DNA from: Balanoglossus misakiensis
Taxonomy: Eukaryota; Animalia; Hemichordata
Length of the DNA stretch: 64,000 nucleotides
Reading direction: 5' to 3'
NCBI GenBank assembly: GCA_040954595.2
Contig: CM082590.2
Coordinates: 2,294,001 to 2,358,000 of the forward strand
The position numbers and the translations under genes are program-made. This document shows, piece after piece, positions 1 through 12,189 of this stretch; within the stretch, counting starts at the first letter, position 1, and every line of letters begins with the position of its first letter. The notes beneath the pieces were generated by a model. The model was not told where the DNA came from. It made no database searches and saw only the letters and a list, made by a program, of their open reading frames with translations.

Positions 1-3000
1 CATGGTATTTTTCAAAAATCCATAATAAATCCAAATTCACATGAACACTAACAATATTATTTTAAAAAATTGGAACGTACAGTAAATTAGAACTTGATTG
101 GCCTTGTAATTTTTGAAAAAAAATGTCAACTTTTAAAGGTTATCAGAAAATCCAATATGGCCACCATGAAGAAGACAATTAAAAGAACATGCAGCATCAC
201 AGGGGCCAAAGCAGTTAGCATGGTTCCAACAGAAAGCAAACTCTGTATCTGTTATGGATTCTTAGAATGGTAGGTAAGCCAGAGGTCACGGAAATTTGTG
301 CCAACAAATTTTGATATCAAACTGATAAGTGTCCAACAAGAACCAAACTTCTAAGCTCAATTGGTTAACTTTAAATAGGATAAGTACATAATGATTGTGT
401 TAAAGATTAATACTTCATTAGGTGTTCCAGTCCTCTATATCTGAAAGCCATATCTGCTGTGCATGTCAAATTATGGGAAAGTAGATCATGGCCAAAATTA
501 TCAAAATATTTGGGTTATGTCCAGGCAGCAATAGTACTCATGTGTACAAAATCATGACTGTTGTGCTTTTTAACAAGAGACATATGCAAGTAGATCAAGG
601 GTTTGATATCAAACTGATAAGTGTCCAACAAGAACCAAACTTCTAAGCTCAATTGGTTAACTTTAAATAGGATAAGTACATAATGATTGTGTTAAAGATT
701 AATACTTCATTAGGTGTTCCAGTCCTCTATATTTGAAAGCCATATCTGCTGTGCATGTCAAATTATGGGAAAGTAGATCATGGCCAAAATTATCAAAATA
801 TTTGGGTTATGTCCAGGCAGCAATAGTACTCATGTGTACAAAATCATGACTGTTGTGCTTTTTAACAAGAGACATATGCAAGTAGATCAAGGGTCATGGC
901 CAAAATTATCAAAATATTTGGGTTATGTCCTGGCAGCAATAAAACTCATGTGAACAAAATCATGACTGTTGTGCTTTTTAACAAGAGACATATCCAAGTA
1001 GATCAAGGGTCATGGCCAAAATTATCAAAATATTTGGGTTATGTCCTGGCAGCAATAAAACTCATGTGAACAAAATCATGACTGTTGTGCTTTTTAACAA
1101 GAGACATATCCAAGTAGATCAAGGGTCATTGCCAAAATTATCAAAATATTTGGGTTATGTCCTGGCAGCAATAAAACTCATGTGAACAAAATCATGACTG
1201 TTGTGCTTTTTAACAAGAGACATATCCAAGTAGATCAAGGGTCATTGCCAAAATTATCAAAATATTTGGGTTATGTCCTGGCAGCAGTAGTACTCTTTGA
1301 ACAAAATCATGACTGTTTAGCTTTTTATCAAGAGCCATATCCACATAAAATTTAGTTATGGAATTACTGGGTCAAAGGACATGCGAGAGTTGCCAACAAA
1401 TTGTTTAATCAAGTTTTGAAAAAACTGGATCAAAGGACATGTGAAAGTTGCCAAAAAATGTAACGTATTCTAGTCATATGGCGACTCGTATCCATAAAAT
1501 TAATTTGTGTGCTTTCAATGAGTAGGCTAGAAATAGAAAATCTTAGTTTTTAATCAGTGTTTAGAAAAATCCAATTTGGCTCCAATAAGGTGACACCAAT
1601 CACAATTCACTTGAAAACTTGATTAGAAAAAGATGTTCTGTAATTTTTTAATGAGATTTTTAAACAATCCAATTAGGCACCCAAAGTCACTTGACCACTA
1701 ATGATATTTTTGTCAAACTTTCAACCCTACAGTAAACTAGAATTTGATTGGCCCTGTAGTTTATGAAAATGTCAACTTTTAAAGGTTATTAGAAATTCCA
1801 ATATGGCCACCATGAAGAAGACAATTAGAGCTACAAGCAGCATTGGAGTGGCCAAAGCGGTTAGCATGGTTCCAACAGAAAGCAAATGCTGCATCTGTTG
1901 TGGATGCCTAGAAATGGTAAAGTATGCCAGAGGTGATGCAAAATGTGCCAACAAAATTTGATACCAAACTGATCAGTGTCCAACAAAAAGCAGACTTCTA
2001 CGCTTTATTGGTTAACTTTAAATAGCTTATATACATAATTATTGTGTTAAAGTTAATACATGTACTTTATTAGGTGTTCCAGTCCTCTAAATTTAAAAGC
2101 TGTATCTGCTGTGCATGCCAAGTTATGGGAATGTAGATCAAAAGTTACTGCCAAAATTATCAAAATATTTGGGTTATGTCCGGGCAGCAGTAGTACTCAT
2201 GTGAACAAAATCACGACTCTTGTGCTTTTTAACAAGAGGCATATCAACGTAGAATTAAGTTCTGAAAGATCTGGATCAAAAGACGAATGACAGTTGCAAA
2301 AAAATTGTATAATTAAGTGTTGAAAAAATGGATGAAAGGACATGTGAAAGTTGATAAAAATTGTTTAACATATTCTGGTCTTATGGTGACTCGTATCCAT
2401 AAAAAGGATTGGTGTGCTATCATTCAGTAGCCTTGAAATAGGAAATTTTAGTTTTTAATCGGAGTTCAGACAATCCAATTTGGCTTCAATAAGGTTTAAC
2501 CAATCACAATTCACTTGAAAGCTTGATTAAAAAAGATTTTGGAAATTTTTCATGAGTTTTTGAAAAAATCCATAATGAATCCAAATTCACATGACCACTA
2601 TTAATATAATTGAAAAAAAAATTGGAACGGCCAGTAAATTAGAACTTGATTGGCCCTGCAGTTTAGAAAAAAATGTCAACTTTTAGAGATTATCAGAAAA
2701 TCCAATATGGCCGCCATGAAGAAGACCCAACTATAAGCAGCATTGGAGTGACCAAAGTGGTTTGCATGGTTCCAACAGAAAGCAAAGGCTGTATCTGTTA
2801 TGGATGCTAAGAAATGGTAAGTAAGCCAGAGGTCACGAAAATTTGTGCCAACAAATTTTGATATCAAACTGATAAGTGTCCAACAAGAACCAAACTTCTT
2901 AGCTCAATTGGTTAACTTTAAATAGGATAAGTACATAACGATTGTGTTAAAGATTAATACTTCATTAGGTGTTCCAGTCCTCTAAATTTGAAAGCCGTAT

Positions 3001-6000
3001 CTGCTGTGCATGGCAAGTTATGGGAAAGTAGATCATGGCCAAAATTATCAAAATATTTGGGTTATGTCCAGGCAGCAATAGTACTCATGTGTACAAAATC
3101 ATGACTGTTGTGCTTTTTAACAAGAGACATATCCAAGTAGATCAAGGGTCATTGCCAAAATTATCAAAATATTTGGGTTATGTCCTGGCAACAATAAAAC
3201 TCATGTGAACAAAATCATGACTGTTGTGCTTTTTAACAAGAGACATATCCAAGTAGATCAAGGGTCATTGCCAAAATGATCAAAATATATGGGTTGTGTC
3301 CTGGCAGCAATAAAACTCATGTAAACAAAATCATGACTGTTGTGCTTTTTAACAAGAGACATATCCAAGTAGATCAAGGGTCATTGCCAAAATTATCAAA
3401 ATATTTGGGTTATGTCCTGGCAGCAATAAAACTCATGTGAACAAAATCATGACTGTTGTGCTTTTTAACAAGAGACATATCCAAGTAGATCAAGGGTAGT
3501 TGCCAAAATTATCAAAATATTTGGGTTATGTCCAGGCAGCAATAGTACTCATGTGAACAAAATCATGACTGTTGTGCTTTTTAACAAGAGACATATCCAA
3601 GTAGATCAAGGGTCATTGCCAAAATTATCAAAATATTTGGGTTATGTCCAGGCAGCAATAGTACTCATGTGAACAAAATCATGACTGTTGTGCTTTTTAA
3701 CAAGAGGCATATCCAAGTAGATCAAGGGTCATTGCCAAAATTATCAAAATATTTGGGTTATGTCCTGGCAGCAGTAGTACTCATATGAACAAAATCACGA
3801 CTGTTGTGCTTTTTAACAAGAGGCATATCCAAGTAGATCAAGGGTCATTGCCAAAATTATCAAAATATTTGGGTTATGTCCAGGCAGCAATAGTACTCAT
3901 GTGAACAAAATCATGACTGTTGTGCTTTTTAACAAGAGACATATCCAAGTAGATCAAGGGTCATTGCCAAAATTATCAAAATATTTGGGTTATGTCCTGG
4001 CAGCAGTAGTACTCATGTAAACAAAATCACGACTGTTGTGCTTTTTAACAAGAGGCATATCAACGTAGAATTAAGTTCTGAAAGATCTGGATCAAAAGAC
4101 GAATGAAAGTTGCAAAAAAATTGTATAATTAAGTGTTGAAAAAATGGATGAAAGGACATGTGAAAGTTGATAAAAATTGTTTAACATATTCTGGTCTTAT
4201 GGTGACTCGTATCCATAAAAAGGATTGGTGTGCTATCATTCAGTAGCCTTGAAATAGGAAATTTTAGTTTTTAATCGGAGTTCAGACAATCCAATTTGGC
4301 TTCAATAAGGTTTAACCAATCACAATTCACTTGAAAGCTTGATTAAAAAAGATTTTGGAAATTTTTCATGAGTTTTTGAAAAAATCCATAATGAATCCAA
4401 ATTCACATGACCACTATTAATATAATTGAAAAAAAAAATTGGAACGGCCAGTAAATTAGAACTTGATTGGCCCTGCAGTTTAGAAAAAAATGTCAACTTT
4501 TAGAGATTATCAGAAAATCCAATATGGCCGCCATGAAGAAGACCCAACTATAAGCAGCATTGGAGTGACCAAAGTGGTTTGCATGGTTCCAACAGAAAGC
4601 AAAGGCTGTATATGTTATGGATGCTGAGAAATGGTAAGTAAGCCAGAGGTCACGCAAATTTGTGCCAACAAATTTTGATATCAAACTGATAAGTGTCCAA
4701 CAAGAACCAAACTTCTTAGCTCAATTGGTTAACTTTAAATAGGATAAGTACATAACGATTGTGTTAAAGATTAATACTTCATTAGGTGTTCCAGTCCTCT
4801 AAATTTGAAAGCCGTATCTGCTGTGCATGGCAAGTTATGGGAAAGTAGATCATGGCCAAAATTATCAAAATATTTGGGTTATGTCCAGGCAGCAATAGTA
4901 CTCATGTGTACAAAATCATGACTGTTGTGCTTTTTAACAAGAGACATATCCAAGTAGATCAAGGGTCATTGCCAAAATTATCAAAATATTTGGGTTATGT
5001 CCTGGCAACAATAAAACTCATGTGAACAAAATCATGACTGTTGTGCTTTTTAACAAGAGACCTATCCAAGTAGATCAAGGGTCATTGCCAAAATGATCAA
5101 AATATATGGGTTGTGTCCTGGCAGCAATAAAACTCATGTGAACACAATAATGACTGTTGTGCTTTTTAACAAGAGACATATCCAAGTAGATCAAGGGTCA
5201 TTGCCAAAATTATCAAAATATTTGGGTTATGTCCTGGCAGCAATAAAACTCGTGTGAACAAAATCATGACTGTTGTGCTTTTTAACAAGAGACATATCCA
5301 AGTAGATCAAGGGTAGTTGCCAAAATTATCAAAATATTTGGGTTATGTCCAGGCAGCAATAGTACTCATGTGAACAAAATCATGACTGTTGTGCTTTTTA
5401 ACAAGAGACATATCCAAGTAGATCAAGGGTCATTGCCAAAATTATCAAAATATTTGGGTTATGTCCAGGCAGCAATAGTACTCATGTGAACAAAATCATG
5501 ACTGTTGTGCTTTTTAACAAGAGACCTATCCAAGTAGATCAAGGGTCATTGCCAAAATTATCAAAATATTTGGGTTATGTCCTGGCAGCAGTAGTACTCA
5601 TATGAACAAAATCACGACTGTTGTGCTTTTTAACAAGAGGCATATCCAAGTAGATCAAGGGTCATTGCCAAAATTATCAAAATATTTGGGTTATGTCCAG
5701 GCAGCAATAGTACTCATGTGAACAAAATCATGACTGTTGTGCTTTTTAACAAGAGACATATCCAAGTAGATCAAGGGTCATTGCCAAAATTATCAAAATA
5801 TTTGGGTTATGTCCTGGCAGCAGTAGTACTCATGTAAACAAAATCACGACTGTTGTGCTTTTTAACAAGAGGCATATCAACGTAGAATTAAGTTCTGAAA
5901 GATCTGGATCAAAAGACGAATGAAAGTTGCAAAAAAATTGTATAATTAAGTGTTGAAAAAATGGATGAAAGGACATGTGAAAGTTGATAAAAATTGTTTA

Positions 6001-9000
6001 ACATATTTTGGTCTTATGGTGACTCGTATCCATAAAAAGGATTGGTGTGCTATCATTCAGTAGCCTTGAAATAGGAAATTTTAGTTTTTAATCGGAGTTC
6101 AGACAATCCAATTTGGCTTCAATAAGGTTTAACCAATCACAATTCACTTGAAAGCTTGATTAAAAAAGATTTTGGAAATCTTCATGAGTTTTTGAAAAAA
6201 TCCATAATAAATCCAAATTCACATGACCACTATTAATATAATTGAAAAAAAATTGGAACGGCCAGTAAATTAGAACTTGATTGGCCCTGCAGTTTAGAAA
6301 AAAATGTCAACTTTTAGAGATTATCAGAAAATCCAATATGGCCCCCATGAAGAAGACCCAACTATAAGCAGCATTGGAGTGACCAAAGTGGTTAGCATGG
6401 TTCCAACAGAAAGCAAAGGCTGTATCTGTTATGGATGCTGAGAAATGGTAAGTAAGCCAGAGGTCACGCAAATTTGTGCCAACAAATTTTGACATCAAAC
6501 TGATAAGTGTCCAACAAGAACCAAACTTCAAAGCTCAATTGGTTAACTTTAAATAGGATAAGTACATAACGATTGTGTTAAAGATTAATACTTCATTAGG
6601 TGTTCCAGTCCTCTAAATTTGAAAGCCGTATCTACTGTGCATGGCAAGTTATGGGAAAGTAGATCATGGCCAAAATTATCAAAATATTTGGGTTATGTCC
6701 AGGCAGCAATAGTACTCATGTGTACAATATCATGACTGTTGTGCTTTTTAACAAGAGACATATCCAAGTAGATCAAGGGTCATGGCCAAAATTATCAAAA
6801 TATTTGGGTTATGTCCTGGCAGCAATATAACTCATGTGAACAAAATCATGACTGTTGTGCTTTTTAACAAGAGACCTATCCAAGTAGATCAAGGGTCATT
6901 GCCAAAATTATCAAAATATTTTGGTTATGTCCTGGCAGCAATAAAACTCATGTGAACACAATAATGACTGTTGTGCTTTTTAACAAGAGACATATCCAAG
7001 TAGATCAAGGGTCATTGCCAAAATTATCAAAATATTTGGGTTATGTCCTGGCAGCAATAAAACTCGTGTGAACACAATCATGACTGTTGTGCTTTTTAAC
7101 AAGAGACATATCCAAGTAGATCAAGGGTCATTGCCAAAATTATCAAAATATTTTGGTTATGTCCTGGCAGCAATAGTACTCATGTGAACAAAATCATGAC
7201 TGTTGTGCTTTTTAACAAGAGACATATCCAAGTAGATCAAGGGTCATTGCCAAAATTATCAAAATATTTGGGTTATGTCCAGGCAGTAATAGTACTCATG
7301 TGAACAAAATCACGACTGTTGTGCTTTTTAACAAGAGACATATCCAAGTAGATCAAGGGTCATTGCCAAAATTATCAAAATATTTGGGTTATGTCCTGGC
7401 AGCAGTAGTACTCATGTAAACAAAATCACGACTGTTGTGCTTTTTAACAAGAGGCATATCAAGGTAGAATTAAGTTCTGAAAGATCTGGATCTAAAGACG
7501 AATGAAAGTTGCAAAAAAATTGTATAATTAAGTGTTGAAAAAATGGATGAAAGGACATGTGAAAGTTGATAAAAATTGTTTAACATATTTTGGTCTTATG
7601 GTGACTCGTATCCATAAAAAGGATTGGTGTGCTATCATTCAGTAGCCTTGAAATAGGAAATTTTAGTTTTTAATCGGAGTTCAGACAATCCAATTTGGCT
7701 TCAATAAGGTTTAACTAATCACAATTCACTTGAAAGCTTGATTAAAAAAGATTTTGGAAATCTTCATGAGTTTTTGAAAAAATCCATAATAAATCCAAAT
7801 TCACATGACCACTATTAATATAATTAAAAAAAATTGGAACGGCCAGTAAATTAGAACTTGATTGGCCCTGCAGTTTAGAAAAAAATGTCAACTTTTAGAG
7901 ATTATCAGAAAATCCAATATGGCCGCCATGAAGAAGACCCAACTATAAGCAGCATTGGAGTGACCAAAGTGGTTAGCATGGTTCCAACAGAATGCAAAGG
8001 CTGTATCTGTTATGGATGCTGAGAAATGGTAAGTAAGCCAGAGGTCACGCAAATTTGTGCCAACAAATTTTGACATCAAACTGATAAGTGTCCAACAAGA
8101 ACCAAACTTCTAAGCTCAATTGGTTAACTTTAAATAGGATAAGTACATAACGATTGTGTTAAAGATTAATACTTCATTAGGTGTTCCAGTCCTCTAAATT
8201 TGAAAGCCGTATCTGCTGTGCATGGCAAGTTATGGGAAAGTAGATCATGGCCAAAATTATCAAAATATTTGGGTTATGTCCAGGCAGCAATAGTACTCAT
8301 GTGTACAATATCATGACTGTTGTGCTTTTTAACAAGAGACATATCCAAGTAGATCAAGGGTCATGGCCAAAATTATCAAAATATTTGGGTTATGTCCTGG
8401 CAGCAATATAACTCATGTGAACAAAATCATGACTGTTGTGCTTTTTAACAAGAGACCTATCCAAGTAGATCAAGGGTCATTGCCAAAATTATCAAAATAT
8501 TTTGGTTATGTCCTGGCAGCAATAAAACTCATGTGAACACAATAATGACTGTTGTGCTTTTTAACAAGAGACATATCCAAGTAGATCAAGGGTCATTGCC
8601 AAAATTATCAAAATATTTGGGTTATGTCCTGGCAGCAATAAAACTCGTGTGAACACAATCATGACTGTTGTGCTTTTTAACAAGAGACATATCCAAGTAG
8701 ATCAAGGGTCATTGCCAAAATTATCAAAATATTTGGGTTATGTCCTGGCAGCAATAAAACTCATGTGAACACAATCATGACTGTTGTGCTTTTTAACAAG
8801 AGGCATATCCAAGTAGATCAAGGATCATTGCCAACATTATCAAAATATGTAGGTTATGTCCAGGCAGCAATAAAACTCATGTGAACACAATTATGACTGT
8901 TGTGTTTTTTAACAAGAGACATATCCAAGTAGATCAAGGGTCATTGCCAAAATTATCAAAATATTTTGGTTATGTCCTGGCAGCAATAAAACTCATGTGA

Positions 9001-9806
9001 ACAAAATCATGACTGTTGTGCTTTTTAACAAGAGACATATCCAAGTAGATCAAGGGTCATCGCCAAAATTATCAAAATATTTGGGTTATGTCCTGGCAGC
9101 AATAAAACTCATGTGAACACAATTATGACTGTTGTGCTTTTTAACAAGACTAGAGACATATCCAAGTAGAACAAGGGTCATTGCCAAAATTATCAAAATA
9201 TTTGGGTTATGTCCTGGCAGCAATAAAACTCATGTGAACACAATCATGACTGTTGTGCTTTTTAACAAGAGACATATCCAAGTACAATTCATTTCTAACA
9301 AATCTGAATCAAAGGACATGTGAAATTTGCCAAAAAATGTAACGTATTCTATACATATGGTGACTCGTATCAATAAAATGAATGTGTGCTTTAAATGAGT
9401 AGGCTAGAAATAGGAAATCTTTGTCTTTAATTAGAGTTCAGAAAGTCCAATTTGGCTCCAATAAGGTTTAACTAATCACAATACACTTGAAAACTTGATT
9501 AGAAAAAGATTTTGGAAATGTTAAATGAGATTTTTCAACAATCCATAATGAATCCAAAGTCGCATGACCACTAACAATATTATTGAAAAAAATTGGAAGG
9601 GACAGTAAATTAGAACTTGATTGGCCATGTAGTTTTGAAAAAATGTCAACTTTAAGAGGTTATCAGAAAATCCAATATGGCCAACATGAAGAAGACAATT
9701 AAAGGAACATGCAACATTACAGGGGCCAAAGCAGTTAGCATGGTTCCAACAGAAAGCAAACTCTGTATCTGTTGTGGATGGCTAGAAATGGTAAGCCAGA
9801 GGTCAC
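1..9806. repeat. Nested macrosatellite: ~790-bp backbone plus 1-9 copies of a 116-bp subunit per unit; about 6 units, truncated by the window start
   Basis: The anchor 'gtcaactttt..gttatcagaaaatccaatatggcc' recurs at ~125, 1771, 2675, 4492, 6306, 7887 and 9645 (spacings ~1646, 904, 1817, 1814, 1581, ~1757). The subunit gccaaaattatcaaaatatttgggttatgtcc...agtagatcaagggtcatt has period 116 (e.g. 961/1077/1193). Confidence 0.97.
310..893. repeat. 292-bp tandem duplication inside the first macrosatellite unit
   Basis: 'tttgatatcaaactgataagtgtcc...gtagatcaaggg' occurs at ~310-601 and again at ~602-893. Confidence 0.85.
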
Positions 9807-10030
9807 TATGTCTATGTATAATTAACTTCTTAAAACATAGCGTATAGGAAACTGTTGTGCCATTTGGGGATTACACAGATTTTAGGTATTCACCAGAATT
9901 AAATCGCGGGCGACATTGGCAAGCATATATGGCAAAAATATTCAAATACTATGGAAACATAAAAAAATTCACCATGCTCAATCAAGTGTTATGTGTCACT
10001 GCAATCTTACAAGCAGCACTAAAAAAAACA

Positions 10031-10302
10031 GATTTTTGTCCAAAAACTGTCTGTAAAATACATGCGAGTATGACAAGCTAATTAGTCCAATCAGACAGAG
10101 GCATTCACTGACCTACCACCAGTTTATAATAAAATAACCGGTGGTCTCTGTAACAGCTGGACCACAACTGATTTTTGTCCAAAAACTGTCTGTAAAATAT
10201 ATGCGAGTATGACAAGCTAATTAGTCCAATCAGACAGAGGCATTCACTGACCTACCACCAGTTTATAATAAAATAGCCGGTGGTCTCTGTAACAGCTGGA
10301 CC
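10031..10302 (+). repeat. 139-bp tandem duplication carrying a HINE (Helentron-associated element)-like 3' tail
   Basis: Near-identical copies start at 10031 and 10170. The tail 'cagacagag..tgacctaccacc..aatagccggtggtctctgtaacagctgg' resembles the minus-strand tail at ~30270-30330. Confidence 0.75.
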
Positions 10303-11110
10303 GGTAAAATTATATAAGGCTGTTTATTTTACTGATAAAAAATTTTATAGGTCTTTGTAGGTTATAATAAAGAAAATTATCAAAATCGGTTCACCAGTTT
10401 TCAAGGTACAAAAGCATCAAAAAATACTGATATTCTCAAGTATCTTCAACATTTTTCAAAAAATTATGCACGATTCACAGAAGAATACTTCTTTCAGTTT
10501 TACAGGAGATCATCTAAACTTGTAAAGAAAATCTCTCTATTTTTTGCATGGCACCATGGGAAATATGAAATTTTGCAATGTTTGATGTTCCGTGTCTCAA
10601 TCATAGTTGATCTAATTGTAACGAAATTTTCAGAATATATTACAATATATGTGCAGATACAGATAGTGACTTCAGTTTTTGATATCTGGATTACAATTTA
10701 AATTCCCAGGTGCTCAAAAAAGGAAAAACCTAGCATTTTACCATTGCAAATGGGCGGCCATATTGGATTGATATTTCATTAGATGGCAATATCTGTTTAT
10801 ACACTGCAATTTGCTGAAAATCAGTTCAATCACTGTAGTGAGTGGAAATATTTAAATTCTTGTGTATTTTGAGCAATAATACTACTACCAAAAATATTTT
10901 ATACAGTTACTTCTGGACAGCAAAAATTGCCATCATTCAAGTCAAACTCTCAGATCGGCCCTTTTGCTTGCCTGTGTTGGGCAGATATCAAAAGTGGAGA
11001 AAGTTGGATAGTGTAATGTCTACATGTATTTGTACTATCCTTGTAGTCTATTAACATTTACACGATTTTCATATTAATTTTGGTATGATATGCATGGAAA
11101 GACTGGCTGG

Positions 11111-11487
11111 CTATAAATCATAAAACTGAACGTCCTTGCACCATACAGTTTTTACTGCATACACATGTAGTTTAAGCAAACTGTGTATTTCATGTATTCC
11201 ACTTTTCTGCCTTCCTTGCTGGCTTTCTCCATTTATTTTCTTACTGTTTCTTTGTAACATTACTGATTTTTTTTCTGGTAATTCAATTTCTGGCTGAAAT
11301 AAATGTACTAGAGCTGGTAAGGTTTCCTGAACATTAATCCCTGTATCTTGAAGGCAGGTGTGCAAGTTCATATAAAGTTCATTGGTTAAAGGAATATTAT
11401 GAGCTGATAAATCTTCTAAGCTCTTCTTTCTGGCTAGAAGGTCTGCTATATTATCGAATACTCTTTATGCTACTTCCATAATGTTGC
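11111..11487 (-). pseudogene. Decayed coding-like fragment (possible pseudo-exon), product unknown
   Basis: Acceptor-like 'aatttgcacag|' at 11488, followed by protein-like NIMEVA*RVFDNIADLLARKKSLEDLSAHNIPLTNELYMNLHTCLQ... with an early stop. No family recognised. Confidence 0.3.
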
Positions 11488-12189
11488 CTGTGCAAATTAA
11501 CAATCAAAGTACCCACTTGCTAGACAATTGTAAGACAAACATTTTTGTTGGGTAATTACAGAATAATTATTTTAATTCCATGCATACTCTACCTAAACAC
11601 AAATTAGAATATATAACTGAAATTATAATTATACACAGGTCTATGAAATGCAAAGAAAATGTATTTCTAGGAAAGAACACCCATGGGCATTCAGCTCTAA
11701 GCAGATAACATCAAGTCACTTTGAAGACATGTCACTTCCCAGACTTGACTAAACAAACTTCCAACCCTGAAGTGAAACGCATCTCCGAGTTGCATACACA
11801 ATATGATCATATAATGTTAGATATTTATCATGGTTTAAGTGAAAACAAATTAGGAGATGTAAACACCCCTGCCATTTATTCAGTGCCATATAATGCTGCC
11901 ATTATGCACATATTGACTCTAGCCACTTTCCCAGTGGGAGGAAAAAGACTTTAATGGACACCAAGCGGGAAGAAACGAAAGTTACTAAGTTTTTGGCATT
12001 TCATTTTTATTTGTGAGATCGAGAAATTAAAATATGACAAGTTTAGAAAATAATCAGATTACACAGTATGTCCCAGTTCGTATGGCGGCCATATTGGATT
12101 CTGAACTCTCTAGTGATATAAACATATAGTGTACTTGGCGAGTCTCAGTATAGGGAAATCAACACAATCAGACAAAACTTGGGTTACCC

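Noticed and set aside
489-9284. 116-bp arrays separated by longer segments as a CRISPR-like repeat-spacer system
   Set aside because: The subunits are head-to-tail with no unique spacers, the intervening segments are themselves repeated, and there are no cas genes in this eukaryotic context.
1772-9323. Repeated 60-76 aa ORFs (MISKFVGTN...) as a tandem gene family
   Set aside because: They are by-products of the macrosatellite backbone, mostly with non-ATG starts, no domain, and disruption in other units.
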